Program-made: the position numbers and the translations under genes
Shown here: piece after piece, positions 54,131 through 63,841 of the stretch
Position numbering within the stretch: the stretch's first letter is position 1
Layout: each line of letters starts with the position of its first letter
The notes under the pieces: model-generated
Databases searched by the model: none
Told to the model about the DNA's origin: nothing
What the model saw: the letters and a program-made list of their open reading frames with translations, nothing else
Assembly (NCBI GenBank): GCA_965367685.1
Contig: CBDUJY010000006.1
Span: forward strand, 92,773-156,772
DNA from: an uncultured Planktotalea sp.
GTDB taxonomy: Bacteria > Pseudomonadota > Alphaproteobacteria > Rhodobacterales > Rhodobacteraceae
Length of the DNA stretch: 64,000 nucleotides
Reading direction: 5' to 3'

Positions 54131-54239
54131 GGGCTGATCCTTTTAACATGGTCCGTAACGTGGTGACTGGCTTGGGTGATTTTAGGTTTTCCAAAGAGAC
54201 ACTTCGGAAATTCTAAATGAGTGCAGCGTATCATGCCAC

Positions 54240-54274
54240 AAAAAAAGCCCCACCAAACGGGCAGTTTGGCGGGG
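54240..54274 (-). terminator. Rho-independent terminator after the glutamine-synthetase-like gene
   Basis: Minus strand: CCCCGCCAAAC-tgccc-GTTTGGTGGGGCTTTTTTTG. Confidence 0.8.
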
Positions 54275-54317
54275 AAGTGCCCAAAAATATTGGGCGTTTG
54301 TCATATTGGTGCCCTTG

Positions 54318-55700
54318 TTAGACGTTCAACAGCAGATGTTCCCGTTCCCACGGGCTGATCACTTGCAGGAATTCTTCGTATTCCGTGCGTTTCACGATGG
54401 AATAGACGCGGGCAAACTCTGGCCCCAACACGTCGTGCATCTTTTCAGACGCGTCAAAAATATCGAGCGCGGTGTTCAGGTCGCGCGAAATATCCTCTTC
54501 GCCTTCATAGGCATCGCCTTTGTAAAGCGCGGTGGGTTGCTCTTTTTCCAACAGTCCCAGATAGCCAGCCGCCAAAGAGGCCGCGATGCCAAGGTAAGGG
54601 TTGCAATCCATGCCCGCGATCCGGTTTTCAACACGGCGCGCGTTGGGGGGCGACAGCGGTACGCGGATGCCAGTTGTGCGGTTGTCGCGGCCCCATTCCA
54701 GATTGATCGGGGCGGCGTTGTCTTTCACATAACGGCGATAGGAATTCACATAGGGGGCCAGCATGGCCACCGCTGCGGGCAAGTGGTTTTGCATGCCAGC
54801 AATAAAGTGGAAAAACGCATCGGTTTCGCCGCCATCCGCATCGGAAAAGATGTTTTTCCCGGTTTTGGCATCCAGTACCGAATGGTGGATGTGCATGGCC
54901 GAACCCGGCTCTTCCGCAATCGGTTTGGCCATGAAGGTGGCATAGCAATCGTGGCGCAAGGCGGCTTCGCGGATCAGACGTTTGAAGAAAAACACCTCAT
55001 CCGCCAGTTTAATTGGGTCACCGTGCACCAGATTGATCTCAAGCTGGCCCGCGCCACCTTCTTGCGTGATGCCGTCGATTTCAAAGCCCTGTGCTTCGGC
55101 AAAGTCGTAAATGTCGTCGATCACGGGGCCAAATTCGTCGACGGCCGTCATGGAATAGGCCTGACGGGCCGCAGCGGGTCGGCCAGACCGGCCCATCATG
55201 GGTTTGATCTTTTCAGCCGGGTCCAGATTGCGGGCCACCAGATAAAACTCCATTTCCGGTGCAACAACCGGCTCCCAGCCTTTGGCGCGGTACAAATCCA
55301 CAACGCGGCGCAACACATTTCGGGGCGAAAACGGGATCGGTTCATCGTTGCGATCATAGGCGTCATGGATCACCTGAAGCGTCCAATCCCCGGTCCAGGG
55401 GGCGGCTTTTGCGGTGCTCATGTCCGGGCGCAAAGTCATGTCGCGTTCAAGAAACCCTTCGTCGCCCGCGGCTTCGCCCCAGCCCCCGGTGATGGTTTGG
55501 TAAAAGATGCTGTCGGGCAGGTGAAAGAAATCCTGACGTCCAAATTTGGCCGCCGGCACCGCCTTGCCGCGGGCAATGCCGGGCAGATCTGAAATGATAC
55601 ATTCTACCTCATCAAGGCGATGCCCCTCGAGATACTCTTGTGCGGCTTCTGGCAGGTTTGCCATCCATGCGGAGTTTGTTTTGTCTTGGGCGCCCATCAC
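54318..55700 (-). CDS. Glutamine synthetase family protein (gamma-glutamyl-amine synthetase, PuuA-like)
   Basis: 460 aa. The track start is GTG at complement 55698-700; the ATG one codon later (ending at 55697) has an AAGGAG RBS. GS catalytic-domain motif PKPIAEEPGSAMHIHHS. Overlaps the amidotransferase stop. Confidence 0.85.
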   Translation of the reverse strand: MMGAQDKTNSAWMANLPEAAQEYLEGHRLDEVECIISDLPGIARGKAVPAAKFGRQDFFHLPDSIFYQTITGGWGEAAGDEGFLERDMTLRPDMSTAKAAPWTGDWTLQVIHDAYDRNDEPIPFSPRNVLRRVVDLYRAKGWEPVVAPEMEFYLVARNLDPAEKIKPMMGRSGRPAAARQAYSMTAVDEFGPVIDDIYDFAEAQGFEIDGITQEGGAGQLEINLVHGDPIKLADEVFFFKRLIREAALRHDCYATFMAKPIAEEPGSAMHIHHSVLDAKTGKNIFSDADGGETDAFFHFIAGMQNHLPAAVAMLAPYVNSYRRYVKDNAAPINLEWGRDNRTTGIRVPLSPPNARRVENRIAGMDCNPYLGIAASLAAGYLGLLEKEQPTALYKGDAYEGEEDISRDLNTALDIFDASEKMHDVLGPEFARVYSIVKRTEYEEFLQVISPWEREHLLLNV

Positions 55701-56377
55701 TTGGCTCCTTTTTTCAACGTCTCGGCCATGCGGTTTGCAAAACGAGCATTGTCCGTGGCGGTGTGTAAATTCTCGGAGGCGTCGGTCAGCAGGGCGTCGG
55801 GCACATTGCCGCGACCGCGATGCTCAATCAATCCGGCCACCAGTTCTGATGTAAATTCAGGATGCGGCTGAATGGTGAGGATCTGATCGCCATAGATCAG
55901 CGCCGCATTGGCGCAAAAATCGGTAGAGGCAATCACTTCGGCCCCTTCGGGAAGCACCGTGACCTGATCCTGATGCCAAGCGTTCAGGGCCATTTTTTCA
56001 TCGCCAAAGTCGTATTCCTGACGGCCAACAGACCAGCCGCCGTCGAATTTCTCAACTTTGCCACCAAGGGCTTGGGCGATGATCTGATGTCCAAAGCAAA
56101 CACCGACCAAAGGTTGCCCTTTGTCCCGGATGTCGCGCACCAATTGTTCCAGTGGGGGGATCCAGTCATGGTCCTCATAGGCGCCATGTTTTGACCCTGT
56201 GATCAGCCAACCATCTGCGGCGTCAAGGTCGGGGGGGAAGATGCCATCCACCACCGAGAAGATTTCAAAGTCAAAGCCATGTCCGCCCAAAAGACGCGTA
56301 AACATTTCGCCGTAGTCTCCAACCGTTTCGCGCAGTTCATCGGGCGAATGGCCAGCTTGTAGGATGCCAATCCTCAT
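55697..56377 (-). CDS. Class I glutamine amidotransferase-like protein (possible gamma-glutamyl-amide hydrolase)
   Basis: 226 aa. GVCFGHQ nucleophile elbow, HPE near the C-terminus of the domain. Confidence 0.8.
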   Translation of the reverse strand: MRIGILQAGHSPDELRETVGDYGEMFTRLLGGHGFDFEIFSVVDGIFPPDLDAADGWLITGSKHGAYEDHDWIPPLEQLVRDIRDKGQPLVGVCFGHQIIAQALGGKVEKFDGGWSVGRQEYDFGDEKMALNAWHQDQVTVLPEGAEVIASTDFCANAALIYGDQILTIQPHPEFTSELVAGLIEHRGRGNVPDALLTDASENLHTATDNARFANRMAETLKKGAK

Positions 56378-56385
56378 GAGTCACC

Positions 56386-56401
56386 AAATTTGATCAAATT
56401 T
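56386..56401. promoter_or_regulatory. Perfect 16-bp palindrome AAATTTGATCAAATTT immediately upstream of the amidotransferase start
   Basis: Read directly from the sequence, 9 nt upstream of the ATG (complement 56375-77). Confidence 0.45.
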
Positions 56402-56607
56402 TACATCGCCAGCCTAGAGGAGCCCCCGTGGTGGGGCAAGGGGCATTCCGCGAGAAATGCGAAATAGTGGTAAGTCGCTGTAATTTATGCTGAAAATATA
56501 ATTTTAAGGTGCGGCTTTCGCTGTGCATGGCTGAAACGACAAGAGGCAGGCGTGCTGGAAACAGCCTCCTCCTCCGTCTTGTTCTTGGCAAAACACCCTT
56601 CGGTAAA

Positions 56608-57393
56608 CTACCGAAATATGTTGAACTGCAACCGGACTTTTTTACGCCGCTCTTGGGGCAAATGGCGGTTCAAATGCTTGTTTGCCGCGCCAAAGATCGT
56701 GATCACCACCAAGGTCAGCAGGATGAAATAGCCCGCAAGAATGGGGTAGGGCACAAAGGGGTTAAACGTCTTATCCGCAAAGTAACTTGCGTAATACAGC
56801 GCATCGCCACGTTGCTGCCACACCGGAAAGCTTGAGAAGGATACAAGTGCCGTGGCGTGGAACAAAAAGATCGCTTCGTTGGTATATGACGGCCAGGCAA
56901 GACGCAGCATTGTCGGCCATGTGATCCGCTTAAATCGGGTCCAGCCCATGATGCCATACGCATCCGCCGCCTCAAGGTCGCCTTTGGGGATGGACCGCAA
57001 AGCGCCATAAAAGATTTCAGCCGAATAAGCAGACGTGTTGCAAAAGAGAACAAGCGTCGCCCCCAACCAAGATGCCGTCAGCGGTTGGAGCGCAGGCACG
57101 CTTTGTTTCAGCGATAAAAACACCGCGTAGGCAAAGAAGAACTGAATGAACAGGGGGGAGCCGCGAAACACATAGATGAAAAACTCTGCCGGTTTGCGCA
57201 GCCATTTATTATCGCTGTTTTTGGCCATCGCCAGACCTGTCGCTGCGAAAAAACCAAAGAGGATCGCAACCAGCCCGTAATAGATGTTCCAGATCATTCC
57301 CGACCCGATCAGGGTGAAATGTTCACACAGGGTGAAATCGGTCTTGGGCAACAGGCGTTCGCCGTAGCCAATGGACCGGAAGGCATAGCTCAT
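56608..57393 (-). CDS. Amino-acid ABC transporter permease (HisM-like)
   Basis: Trimmed to MSYAFRSIGYG; ATGA overlap with the upstream permease. EAA-loop region EAADAYGIMGWTRFKRITWP. Confidence 0.85.
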   Translation of the reverse strand: MSYAFRSIGYGERLLPKTDFTLCEHFTLIGSGMIWNIYYGLVAILFGFFAATGLAMAKNSDNKWLRKPAEFFIYVFRGSPLFIQFFFAYAVFLSLKQSVPALQPLTASWLGATLVLFCNTSAYSAEIFYGALRSIPKGDLEAADAYGIMGWTRFKRITWPTMLRLAWPSYTNEAIFLFHATALVSFSSFPVWQQRGDALYYASYFADKTFNPFVPYPILAGYFILLTLVVITIFGAANKHLNRHLPQERRKKVRLQFNIFR

Positions 57394-58274
57394 TGTGCAG
57401 CCTTCCGTTGGGCTTCGCCTGCGGCCGTGGCTTGGCCGTGGGACAGGCGGGCAGAGATGCGTTTGAACACGCGTTCTGACAGGCTGGTAAAGGCAAGGTA
57501 AAACACCAAAAGCCCAAAGAAATACTGCATATGCCAATTGCCGTGTGGATAGTCAGAGAATTTGGCGGTTTTGGTCGCCCCCAATTCACGCGCCCAATAG
57601 ACCACGTCTTCCACCCCCAGCAGGAACAACAGCGGCGTGGCCTTGATCAGGATCATCCACAGATTTGACAGGCCGGGCAGGGCATAGGTCCACATTTGCG
57701 GCACCAGAATGCGCCAGAATGTCTGGCGATGTGACATGCCGTAGGCTTCGGCTGTTTCAAGTTGCGCACGGGGCACCGCACGCATCGCGCCATACAGCAC
57801 GTTTGCGGCAAAGGCCCCAAACACGATCGCAAAGGTCAGCACGGCCAGCGAAAACCCGTAAGCTTCGTGGATCCATTGTGCCGAACTGGACAGCGGCAGT
57901 TTGGCCGCGTCACACACGATAAAATCGCTGCCTTGGCGGATCGGTTGATCCCAATCCGGGCATTTCACCTTGTGCCGCATCCATTCAAATGCTTGATCCA
58001 GTGCGATCACGAAGAACAGGAAAAAGGCAATGTCCGGCACGCCGCGCACAATTGCGGTATAGGTTTTGCCCAACCAGCGCAGGGGCGCAAATCGGGCGCG
58101 GGCGGCAGATGCCCCCGCAAACCCAAACAATAAGGCCACCGGAGCGGTGATTGCCAACAGCGCCAAGACTGTGCCGAAAGAGGCATAGAAAGACATATGC
58201 TTGCCTGTGGTCAGGTAGCACGACAGCCATTTCAGGCCATCTAATGTCGAGGGATCGGTGCAGTAGGAAAACAT
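57390..58274 (-). CDS. Amino-acid ABC transporter permease (HisQ-like)
   Basis: 294 aa. ETAEAYGMSHRQTFWRILVPQ EAA loop. Confidence 0.85.
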   Translation of the reverse strand: MFSYCTDPSTLDGLKWLSCYLTTGKHMSFYASFGTVLALLAITAPVALLFGFAGASAARARFAPLRWLGKTYTAIVRGVPDIAFFLFFVIALDQAFEWMRHKVKCPDWDQPIRQGSDFIVCDAAKLPLSSSAQWIHEAYGFSLAVLTFAIVFGAFAANVLYGAMRAVPRAQLETAEAYGMSHRQTFWRILVPQMWTYALPGLSNLWMILIKATPLLFLLGVEDVVYWARELGATKTAKFSDYPHGNWHMQYFFGLLVFYLAFTSLSERVFKRISARLSHGQATAAGEAQRKAAQ

Positions 58275-58395
58275 CGCAAGAACCGGACGGAAAGGGGCTT
58301 GGTCTTCTGTTTCGGTCGCGAAACGTCACACGTGGGCCGGGTGCAAAATAGGGCCCGCCCAAATGGGCAGGCCCTGGTGTTTACAAAGGGTCAGA

Positions 58396-59106
58396 TTACC
58401 ACTGGGTGGACACTTCCCATTTGGCGATCAAGGTGTTCAATGTGCCATCGTCTTTCATCGACTGGATGGCTGCGTCAAACTTGGCGCGCAGCTCAGGGTC
58501 GCTTTCGCGCAGGCCCATGCCAACGCCGCCGCCGATGGCTTCCATACGCTCAAGCATCACCAGACCGTCTTGGCCAACCATCGTGTCGAGAAAGCTTTTG
58601 TCGGCCAGAACCGCGTCAGCTTCGCCGTTTTTCACAGCGGCAACCGTTTCTTCCGGGGTTGCAAATTCAACCAGGGTCCAGCCTTGATCAGCCACAAAAG
58701 CCGCCTGAATGGTGGTGGCTTGGGCGGCAATCACACCGCTGGCCAGGTCCACGTCAGCCGACATGGCGAGGTATGATGACGGGTCAGCGGGGGTGTAAGC
58801 TTGTGTGAAATCAATGACTTCGTCACGCTCGGCTGTGATCGACATGCCCGCGATGATGGTGTCATAGTTGGACGACACGAGGTTCGGGATAATGCTGTCC
58901 CATTCGTTTTTCACCCATGTGCATTCCAGTTCGGCACGTTTGCACAGCTCATCGCCTAGCTCACGCTCAAAACCGTCGATCTCGCCGGCATCATTTACAA
59001 AGTTCCACGGTGCATAGGCGCCTTCGGTGCCCATACGTACGGTGTCTGCCATGGCAAAGCTGGCGGTCATGGCCAGTGCCGTTGTGGTCAGGATCAGTTT
59101 TTTCAT
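58396..59106 (-). CDS. Amino-acid ABC transporter substrate-binding protein (family 3, Lys/Arg/Orn/opine type)
   Basis: 236 aa. Signal peptide MKKLILTTTALAMTASFAMA, GTEGAYAPWNF start of the mature domain. Confidence 0.85.
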   Translation of the reverse strand: MKKLILTTTALAMTASFAMADTVRMGTEGAYAPWNFVNDAGEIDGFERELGDELCKRAELECTWVKNEWDSIIPNLVSSNYDTIIAGMSITAERDEVIDFTQAYTPADPSSYLAMSADVDLASGVIAAQATTIQAAFVADQGWTLVEFATPEETVAAVKNGEADAVLADKSFLDTMVGQDGLVMLERMEAIGGGVGMGLRESDPELRAKFDAAIQSMKDDGTLNTLIAKWEVSTQW

Positions 59107-59146
59107 TCTCGTTTCTCCCTTAAGAATGCTTTTTAATTCGTGTTGG

Positions 59147-59986
59147 TTAGTTTGGTTGCGAATGCGACAGGAATTGTTTCAGCCGCTCGCTTTTCGGATT
59201 GCCAAAAAGCTGATCCGGGGCACCTTCTTCTTCGATCAGGCCCTGATGCAGGAACACAACGTGGTCGGAAACATCCGCTGCCATGCGCATGTCATGGGTC
59301 ACAATCATCATGGTCCGCCCCTCAGAGGCGAGATCCTTGATGACTTTCACCACCTCTTGTTCCAGCTCTGGATCCAGCGCCGATGTGGGTTCATCAAACA
59401 AAAGCGCGCGCGGCTCCATGCACAACGCGCGCGCAATCGCGGCACGTTGCTGTTGACCACCAGACAGTTGCGATGGCCACATATCGCATTTGTCGCCGAT
59501 GCCCACTTTGTCCAGATACTGCCGCGCTTTTTCCTCGACCTCGGCTTTGTCACGGCCAAGCACCGTCACCGGCGCCTCCATCACATTTTGCAAAATCGTC
59601 ATATGGGACCACAGATTAAACTGCTGAAACACCATCGAAAGATTTGTGCGGATGCGGGTGACTTGGTGGCGGTCTGACGGGTGACGATCCAGCCCGTGTC
59701 CGCGCCAGGTGATTGGCTCGCCTTCAAAGAAAATGTCGCCTTGTTGGCTGTCTTCCAACAGGTTCGCGCATCGCAGCAATGTGGATTTTCCGGATCCCGA
59801 CGATCCGATCAGCGACACAACATGCCCGCGCGGGGCGGTCATATCGACCCCTTTCAGGACCTCAAGCGCACCATAGCTTTTATGCAGGTCGCGGATCTCG
59901 ATCACAGGAGTGTCGGCTTGGATGTCGGCAGCAAGTGTCGTGTCTGGGGTCACAGAATGGGTCCGGGATAGGTTCTCTTTGGCCAA
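59147..59986 (-). CDS. Amino-acid ABC transporter ATP-binding protein (HisP-like)
   Basis: Walker A GSSGSGKST, signature LSGGQQQR, Walker B LLFDEPTSALD. The track start is a TTG without a visible SD, so the true start is uncertain. Confidence 0.85.
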   Translation of the reverse strand: MAKENLSRTHSVTPDTTLAADIQADTPVIEIRDLHKSYGALEVLKGVDMTAPRGHVVSLIGSSGSGKSTLLRCANLLEDSQQGDIFFEGEPITWRGHGLDRHPSDRHQVTRIRTNLSMVFQQFNLWSHMTILQNVMEAPVTVLGRDKAEVEEKARQYLDKVGIGDKCDMWPSQLSGGQQQRAAIARALCMEPRALLFDEPTSALDPELEQEVVKVIKDLASEGRTMMIVTHDMRMAADVSDHVVFLHQGLIEEEGAPDQLFGNPKSERLKQFLSHSQPN

Positions 59987-60139
59987 GGAGTAGGGCGTAA
60001 TTTTTCCGTAAATGCAACGGCGAAAAGGCGGGGTCCTTGGGTAAGCTTCGGCAGACTGGCGAAAAAACCGACGATTTGTCAGGGGGATGCGCCATCACCC
60101 TGTCGCAGACGCGTCAAACGTGCCGTGGGGGATGGGGGA

Positions 60140-60577
60140 TCACCCCGATGTGCTGCGCAATCTGGCCATATTCGAATCGCGGTCATTGACCCCCAAAAGA
60201 TTCGCAACCAAGCGCATCAGGGCATCTTCCTCTTCGGCGCGTGACCCGTCCGCAAGGACAACGGACCACGCGGCCTCAATGACTGTAATGCGGTCTTCAT
60301 GCGGGACGGCGTCCTTGATTGCGCGCGTAAAGCGGACCGTGTCGGGGGCTTGGGTTTCAAACTGTTCCGCCTTTTGGCGAAGCGCTTTGGAGGTGGCGTC
60401 ATCCAGCCCATAGCGAGCCGCAAGGGCCGTATCAATGGCGGCGATTTCCACGGCGGCGTAATCCCCATCTGAACGGGCGAGCCGCACCAAAAGGGCCGAA
60501 AGCGCAAGGCGCGCGTCATCTGCATTGAGCGGGGCGGGGGTCGGGGCGAAAAGGCGGTCAAAAAGTGTGTTGAGCAT
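60140..60577 (-). CDS. TerB-like (tellurite-resistance TerB family) protein, copy 1
   Basis: Trimmed to MLNTLFDRLF. Pattern LLVRLARSDGDYAAVE...WSVVLADGSRAEEEDALMRLVANLLGV. Confidence 0.65.
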   Translation of the reverse strand: MLNTLFDRLFAPTPAPLNADDARLALSALLVRLARSDGDYAAVEIAAIDTALAARYGLDDATSKALRQKAEQFETQAPDTVRFTRAIKDAVPHEDRITVIEAAWSVVLADGSRAEEEDALMRLVANLLGVNDRDSNMARLRSTSG

Positions 60578-60707
60578 GGCGACGATATAAGGCCTTGAGG
60601 GGGGGAAGGGAAAGGGCGGCATGGGATTTGCGTGGCTATCTCACGTCATTTTGTTGTGAGGGTCAGGCTGGTTTTTGGGGGAAAGTCATGCAGATCTAGG
60701 GGGGCGT

Positions 60708-61013
60708 TCAGCCCAGATATCCTTCGATAATGATCAATTCTCCGGTGCTGACCGGATCCCGAAACGCTTTGGCGTGTTGGTATTCCGCGCTGTGATAACA
60801 GGCTTGGGCATCTGCAAAACTGGGAAATTCAATCACAACATTGCGCGAACGGGCCTTGCCCTCAACCGCGTCAAACGCCCCGCCACGGACCAGAAACCTG
60901 GCGTTATAGGCCGCAAAGGCTGGGCCGTTGGCCGCGATATATTTCTGATAGTCTTCAAGATCGCTCACGTCGATCCGGCCAATCCAATAGCCTTTTGCGC
61001 TCTCATTTGACAT
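60708..61013 (-). CDS. DUF1330 domain protein
   Basis: Trimmed to MSNESAKGYWIGRIDVSDLEDYQKYI...VIEFPSFADAQACYHSAEYQ. GGAGAG RBS. Confidence 0.75.
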   Translation of the reverse strand: MSNESAKGYWIGRIDVSDLEDYQKYIAANGPAFAAYNARFLVRGGAFDAVEGKARSRNVVIEFPSFADAQACYHSAEYQHAKAFRDPVSTGELIIIEGYLG

Positions 61014-61175
61014 TTGCACTCTCCGTGACGGTGTGATGTTCAACTGCCTTAGTTTTCAAGTGGATAGAGGGTGTCGTCAATTGCAATTCCGCCGGGGTTT
61101 CCAGGCGTCCCGCTGGCCAAGAATAGCATCCCCGCCTGTGCCAATAAGACCGTCACAGTCAGGCGCATGTTGATC

Positions 61176-61616
61176 TCAGCTGGTGGCGTTTACGATGCGC
61201 GCGCTTTTCACGTCATCTGCGGACAGTCCGATGGCCTTGGCGACATGGGTGACAAAACAGGCCTCTTCCTCGCGCACAACACCATCAGCCACCGACACTT
61301 CCCAAAGGGCGGATAGCATCGCCATCCGGTCGGCTTGGGGCAGGTGATGGGTGACCAACTCCGTGAGCGTTTCTGTGTCGGGGGCTTCTGCCTCAAGCTT
61401 TTCACACATGGCGCGCGTTTTTGCGGCCTCAACCACATTCATCGCGCGGTATTTCACAAACAACCGGTCAATGCGCGCAATTTCCTCAAAGGCGTAATGC
61501 TGATCTGCTTTGGCAAGGCGCACCAAAAGCACACCCATCGCATATTCCGCATCCAGCTCTGGCAGCTGCGCTTCTTTTGGCAGTTTCTTGAATTTCTGAA
61601 AAAACTCTGACAGCAT
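61176..61616 (-). CDS. TerB-like protein, copy 2 (paralog of 60140..60577)
   Basis: Trimmed to MLSEFFQKF. LLVRLAKADQHYAFEE...WEVSVADGVVREEEACFVTHVAKAIGL parallels copy 1. Confidence 0.65.
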   Translation of the reverse strand: MLSEFFQKFKKLPKEAQLPELDAEYAMGVLLVRLAKADQHYAFEEIARIDRLFVKYRAMNVVEAAKTRAMCEKLEAEAPDTETLTELVTHHLPQADRMAMLSALWEVSVADGVVREEEACFVTHVAKAIGLSADDVKSARIVNATS

Positions 61617-61685
61617 GGTTCCCCCCAATCCTGTTTCGTGACGTTACCCAGCGGGCAGCGGTCGGGCAAGGGGGCCTTTTGGATA

Positions 61686-62000
61686 TCAGATGGGTTTGAT
61701 CGTGACGATCGAGGCATCGCCGCGGCCTTGGTCGCGGGTATACCGCATCTGATCGCCGCATTGCTCAATGATTTCGCAATCCAGCCCAAGATCTTCGTCA
61801 TTTAAGGTGGCGGTTCGGCAAAACATCCCATCTTGCCAATACCAGTTGCCCAAAAGCCGGTCTGGCCCGGCCATGCCCGATATTTGCCCATCTGAATGGA
61901 TCGTGAACAACAGCCCATCCCCCACCAGCGGGCGGTCGGCAAATGCCGCAATAAACGCCTCTTTGCTGTCGAGCCTGCGCCAGACCAATGTTTCTGTCAT
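61686..62000 (-). CDS. Hypothetical protein (about 104 aa)
   Basis: Trimmed to MTETLVWRRLDSKEAF with GGGGGA upstream. I recognise no family. Confidence 0.5.
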   Translation of the reverse strand: MTETLVWRRLDSKEAFIAAFADRPLVGDGLLFTIHSDGQISGMAGPDRLLGNWYWQDGMFCRTATLNDEDLGLDCEIIEQCGDQMRYTRDQGRGDASIVTIKPI

Positions 62001-62142
62001 ATGTTTCGTCCCCCAGTTTCCCATCTTATCGGATGGCGAAGTCTGGCAACCATACATGGTTTGGCTTTGGTTCCCAAATTGTGGCCTATAACAGCGCGGA
62101 TATGTGCCAAGAAGAACGCCGCGCAGGGGCGTTGTGTGCCCA

Positions 62143-62172
62143 ATAAAAAAGGCGGGTTGCCCCCGCCCTTTT
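62143..62172 (-). terminator. Rho-independent terminator of pyrG
   Basis: Minus strand: GGGCGGGGGCAACCCGCCTTTTTTATT. Confidence 0.8.
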
Positions 62173-62197
62173 GGTATTCATCATGTGAGGCGCAAGG

Positions 62198-63841
62198 TTA
62201 CACCAGGCGCTCAATCTCTTTTGCGGCGCGAATGAAATCGGCAAACAGCGGCGCCGGTTCAAACGGTTTGGATTTCAGCTCGGGGTGGAACTGAACGCCG
62301 ATAAACCACGGGTGATCTTCCCATTCCACGATTTCAGGAAGACGCCCATCGGGGGACATGCCTGAGAATTTCAAGCCAACCGCTTCCAGCTGATCGCGGT
62401 ATTTGATGTCGACCTCATACCGGTGACGGTGGCGTTCTTCCAGCGTGCTGCCGCCGTAAATGCGCGCAACATTCGACCCGTCGCTCAGCGCCGCATCATA
62501 AGCCCCCAAACGCATGGTGCCGCCCTTGTCGTCACCTAATTTGCGCTTGACCGTATAGTTGCCCTGCACCCATTCCTTGAGGTGGTAAATTACTGGGGTA
62601 AAACGGTTTTCCCCACTTTCATGGTCAAACTCTTCGGACCCGGCATCCTTGATTCCGGCCACATTACGGGCCGCTTCTACCACAGCCATTTGCATGCCCA
62701 GGCAGATGCCAAAATAGGGGATCTTGTGTTCGCGGGCATATTGCGCCGCCTTGATCTTGCCTTCGGTGCCGCGTTCGCCAAAGCCGCCGGGAACCAAGAT
62801 CGCGTGGAACCCTTCAAGATAGGGGGCGGGGTCGTCTTTATCGAACAATTCGGCGTCGACCCACTGCAATTTCACCTTGGTGCGATTGGCCATGCCACCG
62901 TGGGTGAGCGCCTCTTTGATCGACTTATAAGCGTCTTCCAGCTGGGTGTATTTGCCCACAACAGCCACCTTCACTTCGCCCTCGGCGTTGTGAATGCGGT
63001 CCTCAACATCCTGCCAACGGCGCAGATCGGGTTTCGGGGCGGGTGCGATGCGGAACGCATCCAGAACCGCCTGATCCAAACCCACCTTGTGATAGGCCAT
63101 CGGGGCCTCATAGATCGACTTAAGGTCATAGGCGGGGATGACCGAATCCTGTCGCACGTTACAGAAAAGCCCAATTTTGGCGCGCTCTTTATCGGGGATT
63201 GGATGTTCGGACCGGCACACCAACACGTCTGGGGCGATGCCGATGGAGCGCAGTTCTTTGACCGAGTGTTGGGTCGGTTTGGTTTTCAACTCACCCGACG
63301 CGGCCAGATAAGGCAGCAAGGTCAAATGCACAAAAATGCACTCGCCACGGGGACGATCCTGGCTGAACTGACGAATGGCTTCAAAGAAGGGCAGCGCCTC
63401 GATGTCGCCAACGGTGCCGCCGATTTCGCACAGTTGGAAATCCACCTCATCATCGCCAATGGCAATGAAGTCTTTGATTTCATTGGTCACATGCGGGATC
63501 ACCTGAATGGTTTTGCCCAGATAATCACCACGCCGCTCTTTCTCAAGCACGTTGGTGTACACGCGGCCTGATGAAATGGAATCGGTGTTGCGCGCGGCCA
63601 CACCGGTAAAGCGTTCGTAATGCCCCAGATCCAAATCGGTCTCAGCACCGTCATCGGTGACAAACACTTCGCCGTGCTCAAACGGGCTCATCGTGCCCGG
63701 ATCGACGTTCAGATAGGGATCAAGTTTGCGCAAGCGCACCGTGTAGCCGCGTGCCTGCAAAAGCGCGCCCAATGCGGCTGAGGTCAACCCTTTGCCAAGC
63801 GAAGACACAACGCCGCCAGTGATGAAAATATAACGTGCCAT
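62198..63841 (-). CDS. pyrG: CTP synthase
   Basis: 547 aa. [18 protein letters not shown]; GATase part GICLGMQ. Confidence 0.95.
   Translation of the reverse strand: MARYIFITGGVVSSLGKGLTSAALGALLQARGYTVRLRKLDPYLNVDPGTMSPFEHGEVFVTDDGAETDLDLGHYERFTGVAARNTDSISSGRVYTNVLEKERRGDYLGKTIQVIPHVTNEIKDFIAIGDDEVDFQLCEIGGTVGDIEALPFFEAIRQFSQDRPRGECIFVHLTLLPYLAASGELKTKPTQHSVKELRSIGIAPDVLVCRSEHPIPDKERAKIGLFCNVRQDSVIPAYDLKSIYEAPMAYHKVGLDQAVLDAFRIAPAPKPDLRRWQDVEDRIHNAEGEVKVAVVGKYTQLEDAYKSIKEALTHGGMANRTKVKLQWVDAELFDKDDPAPYLEGFHAILVPGGFGERGTEGKIKAAQYAREHKIPYFGICLGMQMAVVEAARNVAGIKDAGSEEFDHESGENRFTPVIYHLKEWVQGNYTVKRKLGDDKGGTMRLGAYDAALSDGSNVARIYGGSTLEERHRHRYEVDIKYRDQLEAVGLKFSGMSPDGRLPEIVEWEDHPWFIGVQFHPELKSKPFEPAPLFADFIRAAKEIERLV

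Noticed and set aside
56530-56570. CCTCCTCCTCC tract reminiscent of CcsR/'cuckoo'-type sRNA loops
   Set aside because: The tract sits in the 3' half of an imperfect stem rather than in a loop. No promoter or terminator is discernible and there is only a single copy, so the evidence for an sRNA call is insufficient.
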